This document shows, one piece after another, positions 18,797-31,079 of a DNA stretch of 64,000 nucleotides. A program made the position numbers and the translations under genes. The stretch is from Pseudomonadota bacterium (lineage in GTDB: Bacteria; Bdellovibrionota_C; UBA2361; OMII01): positions 141,336 through 205,335 of the forward strand of contig JAYPVM010000005.1 in the NCBI GenBank assembly GCA_038134595.1. The letters are read 5' to 3'. The number at the start of each line of letters is the position of its first letter. Positions within the stretch are counted from its first letter, which is position 1. Under the pieces are notes generated by a model. It worked only from the letters and a program-made list of their open reading frames with translations. It searched no databases and was not told the origin of the DNA.

Positions 18797-19459
18797 TTAT
18801 TTACCCTTGACCGCCTTACGAATCACCACAAGACTACCGCGAGCTCCGGGAATTCCACCCTTGACTAAAAGTATGTTCTCTTCTGGCTTAACTCCAACCA
18901 CTTCGAGGTTCTGAACTGTCACGTTCGCACCACCCATTCGACCTGGCATCCGTTGTCCCTTGAAAACTCTACCAGGAAACTTTCGACAACCGATAGCACC
19001 GACATGCCTTCGATACTCATGAGTACCACGTGTGGCCGGCTGTCCCTTCATGTGATAACGACGAACAACACCTTGGAAGCCCTTTCCTATCGAAACACCG
19101 GAAACATCCACCGTCTCACCGTCCTTGAAGACATCCGAAACCGTGACTTCTTTCCCAAGCTCGGCCCATCCCAGTGCATCTGCATCACACCGTACTTCCT
19201 TAACGTGATAGAAAGCGCCCTGTCCCGATCTCTTGAAGTGTCCAAGCTCTGCCTTGTTACACCGCTGAGATTTCTTGGGTTCGAAGCCGAATTGAACCGC
19301 ACTGTATCCGTGCGTTTCATCACCTCGAACGTCAAGCACGTAACACGGGCCAGCCTGAATGATTGTGACTGGAATCGTCTTACCCTCAGATGTAAACACC
19401 TGTGTCATTCCCAATTTTTTTCCCAGAAGTCCTTCTGGGTAGTATTTTGACGTTGTCAT
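18797..19459 (-). CDS. rplC: 50S ribosomal protein L3
   Basis: GKKLGMTQVF, GKGFQGVVRR and PGRVFKG.RMPGRMG. Confidence 0.98.
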   Translation of the reverse strand: MTTSKYYPEGLLGKKLGMTQVFTSEGKTIPVTIIQAGPCYVLDVRGDETHGYSAVQFGFEPKKSQRCNKAELGHFKRSGQGAFYHVKEVRCDADALGWAELGKEVTVSDVFKDGETVDVSGVSIGKGFQGVVRRYHMKGQPATRGTHEYRRHVGAIGCRKFPGRVFKGQRMPGRMGGANVTVQNLEVVGVKPEENILLVKGGIPGARGSLVVIRKAVKGK

Positions 19460-19493
19460 GAAGAGGTCCCCCTCAAGTTATCTCTTAAACTCT

Positions 19494-19808
19494 TTACTGA
19501 AGCTTTATCTCGACATCAATTCCGGTCGAGAGCTCTAATTTACCCAACTCATCGATGGTCTGCTGCGTTGGCTCTAAAATATCAAGCATTCGCTTGTGCG
19601 TACGAATCTCGAATTGCTCTCGTGACTTCTTATCCACGAAAGTCGACCTGTTGACCGTAAATTTTACGATCCTAGTTGGTAGAGGAATTGGGCCAGCAAC
19701 TCTCCCACCTGTGCGTCGCACAGTCTGCACTATTTCTCCGACCGCCGAATCAAGTAGCGTGTGGTCGTATCCCTTCAATCTGATTCTAATTAACTGCCCG
19801 CCAATCAT
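19494..19808 (-). CDS. rpsJ: 30S ribosomal protein S10
   Basis: [17 protein letters not shown] and [14 protein letters not shown]. Confidence 0.98.
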   Translation of the reverse strand: MIGGQLIRIRLKGYDHTLLDSAVGEIVQTVRRTGGRVAGPIPLPTRIVKFTVNRSTFVDKKSREQFEIRTHKRMLDILEPTQQTIDELGKLELSTGIDVEIKLQ

Positions 19809-19872
19809 GGCTCATCCTCTTAATTCACTATTAGGTAACGTATTAAATAAAAACCTCAAGTTAACCTAGTGC

Positions 19873-19896
19873 GGTGTGGCAGTCTCCTGCCACACC
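19873..19896 (-). other. 10-bp stem with GAGA (GNRA) tetraloop just downstream of tuf, no U-tract
   Basis: Minus strand GGTGTGGCAG-GAGA-CTGCCACACC begins 10 nt after the tuf stop and is followed by GCACTAG. Confidence 0.6.
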
Positions 19897-19906
19897 AAAC
19901 CGATGA

Positions 19907-21103
19907 TTACTCAACGATCTCAGTAACAACACCAGAACCTACAGTTCTTCCACCCTCTCGGATAGCGAAGCGAAGCTGCTTCTCGATACCGATTGGCTGA
20001 TACAATTCAACATCTAGGTTGATGTGGTCGCCTGGCATAGCCATCTCAACACCCTCTGGTAGCTTGATGGAACCTGTAACGTCTGTTGTTCTGAAGAAGA
20101 ACTGTGGACGATAACCAGTGAAGAACGGCTTATGACGTCCTCCCTCTTCCTTCTTGAGGATATATGCCTCTGCCTTAAACTTCTTGTGAGGTTTAACGCT
20201 TCCAGGAACACATAGAATCTGACCACGCTCTACGTCATCTCGCTTGAGACCTCGAAGCAGACATCCAACGTTATCACCAGCATGGCCTTCGTCGAGAAGC
20301 TTCTTGAACATCTCAACTCCAGTAACTGTTGTCTTAGCTGTGTCTCGAAGACCAACGATTTCAACTTCCTGACCAACTTTGATCATACCACGCTCGATAC
20401 GCCCCGTAGCCACTGTTCCTCGACCTGCGATAGAGAAAACATCCTCAACCGGCATTAGGAACGGCTTGTCAATATCACGCTCTGGAACTGGAATGTACTC
20501 GTCAATCGTTGCAAGCAGCTTATCGAAAGCACCTACACCAATCTCACTATCCTCTCCATTGAGAGCCTTAAGGGCACTACCACGGATAACTGGAGTATCA
20601 TCACCAGGGAAATCATACTCAGAGAGAAGTTCACGAACTTCCATCTCAACAAGATCAAGCAACTCTGGATCGTCAACGGTATCAACCTTGTTTAGGAACA
20701 CCACGATCTTCGGAACACCAACCTGACGAGCAAGTAGGATATGCTCTCGCGTTTGAGGCATTGGTCCATCTGAGGCGCTCACAACGAGGATAGCACCATC
20801 CATCTGAGCAGCACCTGTGATCATGTTCTTCACATAATCAGCGTGGCCCGGACAATCTACGTGTGCGTAGTGCCGGTTAGCTGTTTCATACTCAACGTGC
20901 GCACTTGCTATCGTAACAGTCTTCGTTTCGTCACGCTCTGTTCCGCCCTTCGCGATATCCTTGTAGGACTTTACAGTCGCAAGGCCCTTAGTTGCTTGAA
21001 CAGAAACTAGCGCTGCTGTAGTTGTCGTCTTTCCATGGTCTACGTGACCAATAGTTCCAACGTTAACGTGTGGTTTGGTTCTATCAAATTTCTTGTTTGA
21101 CAT
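19907..21103 (-). CDS. tuf: Elongation factor Tu (atypical switch I)
   Basis: [34 protein letters not shown] and [12 protein letters not shown]; follows fusA. Confidence 0.98.
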   Translation of the reverse strand: MSNKKFDRTKPHVNVGTIGHVDHGKTTTTAALVSVQATKGLATVKSYKDIAKGGTERDETKTVTIASAHVEYETANRHYAHVDCPGHADYVKNMITGAAQMDGAILVVSASDGPMPQTREHILLARQVGVPKIVVFLNKVDTVDDPELLDLVEMEVRELLSEYDFPGDDTPVIRGSALKALNGEDSEIGVGAFDKLLATIDEYIPVPERDIDKPFLMPVEDVFSIAGRGTVATGRIERGMIKVGQEVEIVGLRDTAKTTVTGVEMFKKLLDEGHAGDNVGCLLRGLKRDDVERGQILCVPGSVKPHKKFKAEAYILKKEEGGRHKPFFTGYRPQFFFRTTDVTGSIKLPEGVEMAMPGDHINLDVELYQPIGIEKQLRFAIREGGRTVGSGVVTEIVE

Positions 21104-21150
21104 TTTTCTCTCCGGTTTTAAATAAACAAGACACCAATTAAAAACATCAC

Positions 21151-23244
21151 TTACTTATTCACCACACTCTCCGCGACGTGAGTCGGCACGGCTGCGTAAT
21201 GATGATACTCCATAGTGAAGGTGGCTCGCCCCTGTGAGTTTGAGCGGAGATCCGTTGAATAACCGAACATCTCGGCTAGAGGAACCTCACACTTCACCGT
21301 TTGCGCACCCGCCCTTGGCTCCATACCAAGAATACGTGCACGTCGTCGGTTCAGATCACCCACGATATTGCTAACGAAATCATCAGGACAAACGACCTCA
21401 ACCGCCATGACAGGCTCGAGCAATTGGAGTTTTGCCTTCTTACATGCATCCTTGACGCACATAGATCCAGCGATTTTAAACGCCATCTCACTAGAGTCAA
21501 CTTCATGAAAGCTTCCGAAGTATAGAGTCACTTTGACGTCAATCACAGGAAATCCTGCCAATATACCGCCATCAAGCGCCTCTTTCACCCCATTCTCAAC
21601 AGCTGGGATGTATTCCTTCGGGATTATGCCTCCCTTAATTTCATCAACAAACTCAAATCCTGCCCCAGGCTCCCGTGGCTCTACTCGAAGCAACACGTGT
21701 CCGAATTGACCACGACCACCGGTTTGCTTTGCGTACTTGCATTCCGCTTCAGCATTATTGGTGATGGTCTCACGATAAGCAACCTGCGGCTTACCGACTG
21801 TGGCATCTACATTAAACTCTCTAAGAAGTCGCTGCTTAATGATGTCTAGGTGCAATTCACCCATTCCGGCGATCAAAGTTTGCCCTGACTCCTTGTCAGT
21901 GCTCACCTTCAACGACGGATCTTCTTTAGCCAACTTCATGAGCGCAAGGCCCATTTTCTCTTCATCAGCCTTCGTTTTTGGCTCAATTGCGATACTAATA
22001 ACTGGGTCAGGTGCGTTAATGCTCTCAAGTACGATAGGCCTACTTGGGTCACAAAGGGTATCGCCTGTGATAGTCTCCTTAAGACCGACGGCTGCTCCGA
22101 TATCACCGGCAAGCACTTCCTTAACTTCTTCCCGCTTATCTGCGTGCATTCGAACTAGTCGACCTATCCGCTCTTTCTTATCCCGTGTAGAGTTAAGAAT
22201 GTGAGAACCAGCCTCGATCCGCCCAGAATATACGCGGAAAAAGGTCAAAACTCCCACAAACGGATCGGTAACAATCTTAAACGCTAACGCACTCGCTGGA
22301 GCATCGTCATCAGCGGCTCTCTCAATTATTGTTTCTTCCTTGCTGTTAGGATCTATTCCCTGCACGGACGGAACATCGAGTGGGCTTGGAAGGTACTCAA
22401 CAACTGCATCGAGAAGTGGTTGAACTCCCTTATTCTTAAAGGCAGTTCCACAAAGAACCGGAAAGAAATCCATCGCCAAGGTTCCCTTTCGGATGCCGGC
22501 TTTAACTTCTTCAAGAGACAAAGTCTCTCCACCGAGATACTTCTCCATCAGATCATCATCTGATTCAGCGATACACTCCAACAAAAACTCACGTGCCTTA
22601 CCAGCCTCTTCGCGCAGCTCTTCTGGAATATCCTCCACCTCAAATTGGGCCCCCTTACTCTCATCCTTGTAAAGGATCGCTCGCATCTCCACGAGGTCTA
22701 TCACACCGAGAAACTCACTTTCGGCACCAATCGGTAGTTGGATCGGAACGGCCTTCGCACCCAACTTCTCTCTGATAGACTCTACAGCCTTCGTAAAGCT
22801 AGCTCCCATTCGGTCCATCTTGTTGATGAAGCAAAAACGAGGCACGTTAAATTTATTCGCTTGTCTCCACACAGTTTCCGACTGAGGCTCCACTCCGCTA
22901 ACTGCATCAAATACAGCTACCGCCCCATCGAGAACCCGAAGGCTACGCTCAACCTCGATTGTAAAATCAACGTGGCCTGGCGTATCGATGATATTAATCT
23001 GATGCTCTGGCATCGCACCATCAGCACCCTTCCAGGTACAGGTAGTAGCGGCCGAAGTAATAGTAATACCCCGCTCCTGCTCAAGCTCCATGTAATCCAT
23101 GGTCGCGGCACCTTCGTGCACTTCACCGATCTTATAATTAATCCCTGTATAGAAGAGAATACGCTCGGTTGTGGTAGTCTTACCGGCGTCAATATGCGCC
23201 ATGATTCCAATATTCCGAACTTTATTTAGATCTCTTTTAGCCAC
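21151..23244 (-). CDS. fusA: Elongation factor G
   Basis: [36 protein letters not shown] and GMGELHL. Confidence 0.98.
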   Translation of the reverse strand: MAKRDLNKVRNIGIMAHIDAGKTTTTERILFYTGINYKIGEVHEGAATMDYMELEQERGITITSAATTCTWKGADGAMPEHQINIIDTPGHVDFTIEVERSLRVLDGAVAVFDAVSGVEPQSETVWRQANKFNVPRFCFINKMDRMGASFTKAVESIREKLGAKAVPIQLPIGAESEFLGVIDLVEMRAILYKDESKGAQFEVEDIPEELREEAGKAREFLLECIAESDDDLMEKYLGGETLSLEEVKAGIRKGTLAMDFFPVLCGTAFKNKGVQPLLDAVVEYLPSPLDVPSVQGIDPNSKEETIIERAADDDAPASALAFKIVTDPFVGVLTFFRVYSGRIEAGSHILNSTRDKKERIGRLVRMHADKREEVKEVLAGDIGAAVGLKETITGDTLCDPSRPIVLESINAPDPVISIAIEPKTKADEEKMGLALMKLAKEDPSLKVSTDKESGQTLIAGMGELHLDIIKQRLLREFNVDATVGKPQVAYRETITNNAEAECKYAKQTGGRGQFGHVLLRVEPREPGAGFEFVDEIKGGIIPKEYIPAVENGVKEALDGGILAGFPVIDVKVTLYFGSFHEVDSSEMAFKIAGSMCVKDACKKAKLQLLEPVMAVEVVCPDDFVSNIVGDLNRRRARILGMEPRAGAQTVKCEVPLAEMFGYSTDLRSNSQGRATFTMEYHHYAAVPTHVAESVVNK

Positions 23245-23295
23245 GATATCTCCTTTCCCCCAATGACCTCTAGCTGATACGACCCCTAGCTAATA

Positions 23296-23778
<483 letters not shown>

Positions 23779-23783
23779 CTAAA

Positions 23784-24155
23784 CTATTTGGGCCTCTTAG
23801 CGCCATATTTTGACCGACCCTGCTTGCGGTCAGCAACGCCATGAGCCTCAAGCTTACCTCGAACGATATGGTATCGAACTCCAGGCAAATCCTTGACTCG
23901 TCCCCCTCTAATCAAAACAACCGAGTGCTCTTGAAGGTTATGGCCGATACCTGGGATATAGCTTGTGACCTCCATACCGGTGGTAAGCCGGACACGAGCC
24001 ACCTTCCTCAAAGCAGAGTTTGGTTTCTTCGGAGTCTGCGTATACACCCTAGTACAAACACCTCGCTTCTGTGGACATCGCACCAAGGCTGGTGATTTAC
24101 TCTTTGCCAGCTTCCTACGACGACGACTTCGAACTAACTGATTTATTGTTGGCAT
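23784..24155 (-). CDS. rpsL: 30S ribosomal protein S12
   Basis: [10 protein letters not shown] and [12 protein letters not shown]. Confidence 0.98.
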   Translation of the reverse strand: MPTINQLVRSRRRRKLAKSKSPALVRCPQKRGVCTRVYTQTPKKPNSALRKVARVRLTTGMEVTSYIPGIGHNLQEHSVVLIRGGRVKDLPGVRYHIVRGKLEAHGVADRKQGRSKYGAKRPK

Positions 24156-24939
24156 CTGTTGCCCTGCCTCTTTACTTACTTAAATAGTCTTTTACTTTAC
24201 TAACTATCTACAGAATGGCGTCCATTCCAAACTAGCTAAGCCCCTCTCTAAAGGAACCTTTAGCCGCCTGCCCTGACAATCCACTGTGGAGAGCCCTCCA
24301 AGCACAACGACCGTGGGTGAGTATCACATTTCAGAGCGAATTCATAGTGATCGCACCGAAACTTTATCACCTTTTTTACAAACCAATCCGCCAAGAAACC
24401 GTTGCCTTCTCGGACTATCGCCTTCTCGAGACACTGCTTCTTAGAGAATTCAGCTGTTACTTCAATTTTATATGCCTTTCCCGAACAGAACTGGCCCTTG
24501 TGGCCGAGGCGCCTCTTTTCTAAGGCTTTTTGGCACCCTCTGACGACTCTTCCGTCTACGATGATACCACCCGGGAAGTAGCATTGCATCGCTGTAGTAG
24601 CCCTGCCCCATTAGGAGCAATCGCTTCGCACGTAGGAATACAAACCGTATCGGCCTTCTATTCCATCGGTGCCATTACGCCAACCGAAAATTTGTCGCAT
24701 AGAAGAGGTATCACGTTACGGGCTCGCAGTCAATTTACCCCAAGCAGTTTTGGAAAAGAATTTGTGCGCTCTCGATAAATAACCCTAACATATTAAAACC
24801 AAGGGCTATATTTGCTCTAAAAAACTCTCTCTCTAGCCTCATGAGCCTACAAAGCTCACACACAATCCTAGCTCTGCCAGGGCTGTTTCACTCTTAAAAC
24901 AACCGGCACCAAAACGCATCAATACGTCTTCTTAAAGCA

Positions 24940-25137
24940 CTAGTCTTGCTCAGACCCCGGAGTGTTATCGCCGCATGTAGCACAACCTGCCGCCTCAACT
25001 ACCTTTTCGTAGTCTGGCCTATACCCGACCGGGAGCGATTCTGCCAAACTGCCCCAAAGTGCCTTATGACTCGCTTCGTCTTTTATATCTTTCCGAACTT
25101 CTGGCCTGTCCTTGATCCTACCTCTTTCTATCAACAT
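24940..25137 (-). CDS. Small hypothetical protein (65 aa) with a C-terminal CxxC
   Basis: GGAGG lies 5 nt before ATG 25137, 67 nt after the nuoN stop on the same strand. Sequence MLIERGRIKDRPEV...AAGCATCGDNTPGSEQD. Confidence 0.6.
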   Translation of the reverse strand: MLIERGRIKDRPEVRKDIKDEASHKALWGSLAESLPVGYRPDYEKVVEAAGCATCGDNTPGSEQD

Positions 25138-25204
25138 ATCTGCCTCCAATAATAGTAAGTAAAGATATATTACCCAAAACTTGAAACCTAAGGAACTACA
25201 AGCA

Positions 25205-26635
25205 CTACCAAATTAAAAGAGCAGTAGCTGCTTCCTGAGCTGCTAATACAAGCGAATCAGGTGCAATTCCAATCATAACAACTAAGAACGCACACATGGT
25301 CAACGAAGCACGTGTTGCGAAGCTTAACAATATCTCAGACCCACTCTCTGTCTCCTCGCTCTGGAAAAACAATGCATATGGAATCCTACAATAATAGGCA
25401 CAAGATATAGCTGAATTTATCGCCGCTATTATGACCAGTCCATAGTAGCCCTCCGAAAGCCCGGCAGTAAACAAATAAACCTTCCCGACAAAACCAGCCA
25501 AACTAGGTGGCAATCCTGCCAAGCCAAGGAAGAACAACGTCATAACCACCCCCAGAAATGGCTGCCGTCTACCTAGTCCCTTTAAATCTGACACACGGGC
25601 TATCGACGGCCCTATTACAGAAAGCACCCCAAAGGCTCCTATCGACATCGCACAGTACGAAACCAAATAAAAGAGTGCGGCCACAACCCCCTCCGGTGAT
25701 CCACCAGAAGTAATCACGCCAATTAACATATAACCTGCCTGCGCGACACTTGAGTAGGCCAACATCCGACGAATATCCTGCTGCTGAAGAGCCGCTACAT
25801 TACCCACACACATGGCTAAGATACTCACGATCCATAGCGGCGCTATTGCCCATGCTTGAAGCACTCCAAAAGAGATAATTACAATTTTTAAGAGCGCGCC
25901 AACCCCAGCCACCTTAACCGCATAACTCATAAACGTTACAACGGACGTCGGTGAGCCTTGATATACATCGGGCACCCAATAATGAAATGGTGTAAGGCCA
26001 AGTTTAAATCCGATTCCAACTAGTAAAAAGAGAAACGAGACAATCAACAATTCAGGAGAACCTGACAACTCTCCAATGCTTCCACTAAGGCTAAGCGAGC
26101 CCGTCGCGCCGTACCAGAGCGCAATCCCATATAAAAAGAAGGCCGAACTAAAACACCCCAACAAAAAGTACTTTAATCCTGCCTCAGAGGAGCTTCGCTG
26201 TTTGAGCCGTCCTCCACACAAACAGTACAAAGATAGTGACATCACCTCCAAGCCAATAAACATGGTCAAATAATCGGCAGCAAAGACCATAAGCAATGCC
26301 CCCGCTAAAGAGGCAAGCAAAAGATAGTAGTACTCACTTCTATCAACCAATTGTTCTTTAGAAACAACTTGATCGTTTAGCACCACAGTGAGAATACCCC
26401 CAGCACAAAGAACTACCCCTAAAAGCTTTGAGAAGCCATCGATCCAAATACTGGCTTCTGCCCCATCTATAACTGAGTTGCTCATCATTAATGTGCAATA
26501 ACCAGTAGCAGCTATGAGTGTCGTTGCAAGAACACTCTCCAATCGATACTTCGTTAGTACCTTTCCAAATACCAAGAATAGCAAGCTGCCTATACCTAGT
26601 ATCAACAACGGCAGAAAACTTTCTAAAGCTGTCAT
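25205..26635 (-). CDS. nuoN: NADH-quinone oxidoreductase subunit N
   Basis: SEAGLKYFLLG, GFKL..TPFH.W.PDVYQG and RMLAYSS. Confidence 0.95.
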   Translation of the reverse strand: MTALESFLPLLILGIGSLLFLVFGKVLTKYRLESVLATTLIAATGYCTLMMSNSVIDGAEASIWIDGFSKLLGVVLCAGGILTVVLNDQVVSKEQLVDRSEYYYLLLASLAGALLMVFAADYLTMFIGLEVMSLSLYCLCGGRLKQRSSSEAGLKYFLLGCFSSAFFLYGIALWYGATGSLSLSGSIGELSGSPELLIVSFLFLLVGIGFKLGLTPFHYWVPDVYQGSPTSVVTFMSYAVKVAGVGALLKIVIISFGVLQAWAIAPLWIVSILAMCVGNVAALQQQDIRRMLAYSSVAQAGYMLIGVITSGGSPEGVVAALFYLVSYCAMSIGAFGVLSVIGPSIARVSDLKGLGRRQPFLGVVMTLFFLGLAGLPPSLAGFVGKVYLFTAGLSEGYYGLVIIAAINSAISCAYYCRIPYALFFQSEETESGSEILLSFATRASLTMCAFLVVMIGIAPDSLVLAAQEAATALLIW

Positions 26636-26640
26636 ACCTC

Positions 26641-28326
26641 TTATCCCTTCTTATCTATTTTAGCCGTCACAACACCGCTTTGCGCACTCCCCAAGGGTGC
26701 AAATTTCAATTTAACTGCTCCTGGAAATCCCGACCTCAAATCGATGCCAGTTGCTACAACTGGATCCAACGAGCCCAACCGAGCTCTATCCGCCTTCAGG
26801 ACTCCTCCCTGCCCTACCACTACCGAGCTCTCTATCGCAGACAATAGCCTGGAAGGCGCTATTCCCATTGCAAACACCATAACAGCAAACGACGCAAGAA
26901 CAGTCAGATCCAAACCACGAACATCCGCACTATTACTACGTAACATCAGACGCGGGCCCTCGCCGAAGAGTATCGAACGATATGCTCGAAGCATATAAAC
27001 CGCGCCGATAACTATCCCCACTCCACTTAAGACAGCCCAACCAGGATACCTCTGCCACGCTGACATCAAAACCAAAAATTCACCTACAAAACCACTTGTA
27101 AGTGGTAGCGCCACAGCTGCCACCGTGAGAATCATGGTAAAAAAGGCCATGACTGGAAATCGATCGGCAAGCCCCCCGAAGTCATCTAAGTTGTCACTAT
27201 CGATAGCCTGCGCAAGCCTTCCAAAGGCGAGAAACAATCCGCCAGTCACAAATCCGTGGCTGATAGCCTGAAATACTGCGCCTGATATAGACACTGTCGT
27301 CGCAACTCCAATGCCGATAACACAAAAGCCTAGATGTGATAGTGACGAGTATGCAAGCATTGACCGAACGTCCCGCTGCACCCACGCCATCAGCGCTCCA
27401 CCTGCAACACCAACGGCTCCCAATGCAACAATGAACGGGCCAAAAATACTCATAGCATCGGGAAACAAAGGGAGCACAAATCTGATGATTCCATATACTC
27501 CTACTTTACCGAGTAATGCCGCAATAAAAGCGACCAATCCCACAGGAGCTTGTCGATAGGTATCAACAAGCCATCCGTGAAGCGGCACAATTGGTATCTT
27601 TAGGCCTAAAGCCACTAAGAATGCTGCGCACAAAACCACCTGAACATTTGTAGTTAGTGTGGGTAGACTCGTGAGTGTTGAAATCGTGAAAGCAAAATCT
27701 GTCACACCTGAATGAGGCTGCAGGATCTGCGAGCTCTGCCATCCTAAGTAAACGATTGCAACCAACATGAGAACAGAGCCAGAAAGTGTGTACATCAAGA
27801 ATTTAAATACAGCTCGCTTTCGGTCATCACCGCCCCATATCGCAATCCCTGCCAGCACCGGCAAAAGCATTAACTCATAGAAAACGTAAAAAGCTACCAA
27901 ATCGGTCGCAAGAAAACTTCCCAAGACAGCCGACATTGCAAATAGCAGCATCGCATACCACGCTGCTCTATGCTTCGATGGAGCAGACGACCAACAGATT
28001 ACTGCAAGAGATATCAAACAGGTCATCGCACAGAACCCCACCGACAATCCGTCGAGGGTAAAATGAAAAGACGCTCCCAGGGAGGGCATCCACGGGTGAT
28101 ATTCCTCTAGGTAGAGGAACGAATCCCCCGTACCTGCGGCGCTCGAACTAACGATGGCTCCTAAGAGAGCTGTTACCAAACACGCAACAAAAATAGCCCA
28201 TCCTTTACACAATCTTCCAGAAACATCTCGCTCTTTCGTGAACCATGGGCCGAGACAGATCAAGGCTCCGATCACAGGTATTAATAGAATTGAGCTCAAC
28301 GGCATCGATTCAAAAATCATGTACAC
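26641..28326 (-). CDS. nuoM: NADH-quinone oxidoreductase subunit M
   Basis: FYVFYELMLLP, KIPIVPLHGWL, LAYSSLSH.G and LPLTSGFVGEF. Confidence 0.95.
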   Translation of the reverse strand: MYMIFESMPLSSILLIPVIGALICLGPWFTKERDVSGRLCKGWAIFVACLVTALLGAIVSSSAAGTGDSFLYLEEYHPWMPSLGASFHFTLDGLSVGFCAMTCLISLAVICWSSAPSKHRAAWYAMLLFAMSAVLGSFLATDLVAFYVFYELMLLPVLAGIAIWGGDDRKRAVFKFLMYTLSGSVLMLVAIVYLGWQSSQILQPHSGVTDFAFTISTLTSLPTLTTNVQVVLCAAFLVALGLKIPIVPLHGWLVDTYRQAPVGLVAFIAALLGKVGVYGIIRFVLPLFPDAMSIFGPFIVALGAVGVAGGALMAWVQRDVRSMLAYSSLSHLGFCVIGIGVATTVSISGAVFQAISHGFVTGGLFLAFGRLAQAIDSDNLDDFGGLADRFPVMAFFTMILTVAAVALPLTSGFVGEFLVLMSAWQRYPGWAVLSGVGIVIGAVYMLRAYRSILFGEGPRLMLRSNSADVRGLDLTVLASFAVMVFAMGIAPSRLLSAIESSVVVGQGGVLKADRARLGSLDPVVATGIDLRSGFPGAVKLKFAPLGSAQSGVVTAKIDKKG

Positions 28327-28336
28327 ACTCCCCTAC

Positions 28337-30235
28337 CTAAACTAGAATTCCAATCAGAACTGCGATTGCAAGTAACATATACAGCGCATACCCACCAACA
28401 AGCCCTGTGGTAGTCCTTCGTGCCAGCTCTCCCAAGGCCTGAACGAAGAAGGCAACCCCTCGACCGAACCCCTCTACGAGCCCTTGGCTCACCCCGACGG
28501 CCAAAAATCTTCCGGTTATCCGCAGTGGATTAACCACAACCACATCATAGAGCTCATCGAGATAGTATTTACGCTCCCAGAGCTTTTGCACCATCCATCC
28601 CCATGATTGAAACTTTTCAGTTAGCGAAACCACCCTTACAAGGAGACTATAGGCAAGCACGATCCCAAGCACACCAGGAAGAGAGCCGGTAACATAACTA
28701 GTCAGTGATTGATGCTGTAGAATAAACAATGGAGTTCGGACTACGGCATCTAAGAAGGAAAAAAGAGTATCGTGTAACAACCATCCACCAATACAGGAGA
28801 GTATCGCAAGAACGACTACCGGCCCCCACATTATCACCGGAACTTCATGTGGTGTGGCCTCACCACGATACGATCCCATAAACGTCATAAAAAACGAGCG
28901 TGCCATGTAACCAGCTGTCATTACCGCGATAAGAGTAACAACTATTTGCAGCCCTCCCTGAAACGGTGCTAGGTACACATTGCTATTGTGCGCAAGGCTA
29001 TCGATGATCGCATGTTTCGAAAAGTACCCGGCGAATGGGGCTATGCCTGCTATTGCCAAACAGGCAACCGCATACGTTGCCGCCGTTATGGGCATCGACT
29101 TCCTCAAACCACCCATCCGACGCATGTCCTGCTCATGATGACAGCCATAGATAACCGAACCCGCACTCAAAAACAGGCACGCTTTAAAAAAGGCGTGTGT
29201 TACAACATGGAACAAGGCTACAGAATAACATCCACATCCAACCGCTATAAACATAAAACCCAACTGGCTAACGGTAGAGTATGCAAGAACCTTCTTGATA
29301 TCATTCTGAACCAAAGCCACCGTCGCCGCCACAAATGCCGTAATCACCCCCGTCCACGTGATTACAGACAGCACCTGTGGGCTCAATTCCAATACTGGAT
29401 GCATTCGACCGGTAAGGTAGATACCCGCTGTTACCATCGTCGCCGCATGAATCAATGCTGATACAGGCGTTGGCCCGGCCATAGCATCAGGAAGCCAGGT
29501 AAAAAGTGGGAACTGGGCTGATTTACCCGTCGCGGCAAAAAACAAGGCAAGACCCGCTAACAAAGCAACTCCTTCCCCGATTCGCGCAAGGCTCTCCGGC
29601 GATGTTAGTTCTACAATATCAAGCGTTCCCGTCGTGGTAAACAACGCTGCCATTGCAATAATGAAACCAAGATCTCCAAGCCGATTCATCACAAAAGCTT
29701 TTTGACCAGCTAGTACGAACTCGGTCTTCTTATACCAGAATCCAATCAGTAGATAAGAGCACAGCCCCACTCCTTCCCAACCAATAAATACAACTGGCAG
29801 GTTTTTACCGAGAACCAATAGAAGCATGGAGAAAACAAACAGGTTGAGGAAGCCGAAATACCGGGCAACTCCCTCATCAGACGCCATGTATTGGATTGAA
29901 TACAAATGGATCAGTGCCCCGATACCGGTAATAACCAGACACATCACCGCAGAAAGCGCATCGAAGTATAGGTCAAAAGATAGAGTTACGTTGCCTACAG
30001 ATAACCAGCTACCAAATGAAGCAACGATTGCTTCTCGTTGGATAGACGAGCCCACCATCAGCTCGGTGGTCAGATAGATGGCAATCCCAAAACAAACCGC
30101 AACGGTAAGTGTCGCAAGTGGCCCGCTTAAGACTCTCGCTCTCAAACCTAGTGCATAAGACACAGCTGCACCAAATAACGGCAAACTCACCAATAAAAGC
30201 AGAAGGTTCTCTACATTACCCATAACCATTACCAT
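28337..30235 (-). CDS. nuoL: NADH-quinone oxidoreductase subunit L
   Basis: [46 protein letters not shown] and HAFFKA. Confidence 0.96.
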   Translation of the reverse strand: MVMVMGNVENLLLLLVSLPLFGAAVSYALGLRARVLSGPLATLTVAVCFGIAIYLTTELMVGSSIQREAIVASFGSWLSVGNVTLSFDLYFDALSAVMCLVITGIGALIHLYSIQYMASDEGVARYFGFLNLFVFSMLLLVLGKNLPVVFIGWEGVGLCSYLLIGFWYKKTEFVLAGQKAFVMNRLGDLGFIIAMAALFTTTGTLDIVELTSPESLARIGEGVALLAGLALFFAATGKSAQFPLFTWLPDAMAGPTPVSALIHAATMVTAGIYLTGRMHPVLELSPQVLSVITWTGVITAFVAATVALVQNDIKKVLAYSTVSQLGFMFIAVGCGCYSVALFHVVTHAFFKACLFLSAGSVIYGCHHEQDMRRMGGLRKSMPITAATYAVACLAIAGIAPFAGYFSKHAIIDSLAHNSNVYLAPFQGGLQIVVTLIAVMTAGYMARSFFMTFMGSYRGEATPHEVPVIMWGPVVVLAILSCIGGWLLHDTLFSFLDAVVRTPLFILQHQSLTSYVTGSLPGVLGIVLAYSLLVRVVSLTEKFQSWGWMVQKLWERKYYLDELYDVVVVNPLRITGRFLAVGVSQGLVEGFGRGVAFFVQALGELARRTTTGLVGGYALYMLLAIAVLIGILV

Positions 30236-30531
30236 TTCAATTCAGACACGTCTGAGGTCTCAACAGATATAAACGATCGAAACACGGAGAGAATAATCGC
30301 CAATCCCACGGCAGACTCCGCTGCCGCAATCACCATCACAAAAAACACCGCGACCTGTCCATCCAAACCTCCGTGCAATCGACTGAAAGCAACAAATGCT
30401 ATGTTGACCGCGTTCAGCATCAATTCAATGCACATAAACACCACGATGGCATTTCTTCTAACACAAACCCCTACCGCACCAATCAGAAACAATGCCAGGG
30501 AAAGAATAATACAAAGTCCGTAAACACTCAT
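30229..30531 (-). CDS. nuoK: NADH-quinone oxidoreductase subunit K
   Basis: [17 protein letters not shown] and [11 protein letters not shown]. Confidence 0.96.
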   Translation of the reverse strand: MSVYGLCIILSLALFLIGAVGVCVRRNAIVVFMCIELMLNAVNIAFVAFSRLHGGLDGQVAVFFVMVIAAAESAVGLAIILSVFRSFISVETSDVSELKW

Positions 30532-31079
30532 GATTTACCTCCACCTAACAAGCCGCCTTCCCGAGGACTGGGGTCCGAACTCTGCTTTCGAGTAAGCATT
30601 ACCGCACCAACTACTCCCACTAATAATACTAGGGAGCTCAGTTCAAACTGAGGGACATACTCAGAATAAAGTAGCCTACCGATGGCCAACACCGAGCCCT
30701 CGACTAACTGTCCTTCTCCACTCACGCTGTCGCCATGAAGCGTTTCCACCGCTGGCAAAATTACAGGAAGAATTGAGGAAAACAACAACAAGGCTCCGCA
30801 TGACGCTACCGTTATCTTAAGCCATCCACGGGGCGCTTCCGACTCATCCTTGAGATTCAACAACATCAAAACAAACAGCACGAGCACCATGATCGCACCG
30901 GCATAAACCACAACTTGTGAAACAGCGAGGAAATGGGCATCCAAACTCGCATATACGGCGGCGACACTTAGTAGATTTACTACCAAACTAAAGGCGCTAT
31001 AGAGGGGATTTCTCATCAACACCACTCCCAAAGCTGCCGCCACAGCAATAGAGCCAAAAACAATCGCTGATATCATCAT
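30528..31079 (-). CDS. nuoJ: NADH-quinone oxidoreductase subunit J
   Basis: [26 protein letters not shown] and FEL.S..LL. Confidence 0.94.
   Translation of the reverse strand: MMISAIVFGSIAVAAALGVVLMRNPLYSAFSLVVNLLSVAAVYASLDAHFLAVSQVVVYAGAIMVLVLFVLMLLNLKDESEAPRGWLKITVASCGALLLFSSILPVILPAVETLHGDSVSGEGQLVEGSVLAIGRLLYSEYVPQFELSSLVLLVGVVGAVMLTRKQSSDPSPREGGLLGGGKS

Noticed and set aside
24260..24778. ORFs 24260-24589 (-), 24317-24523 (+) and 24530-24778 (+) upstream of rpsL
   Set aside because: No convincing RBS or recognisable motif, and they overlap each other; treated as non-coding.
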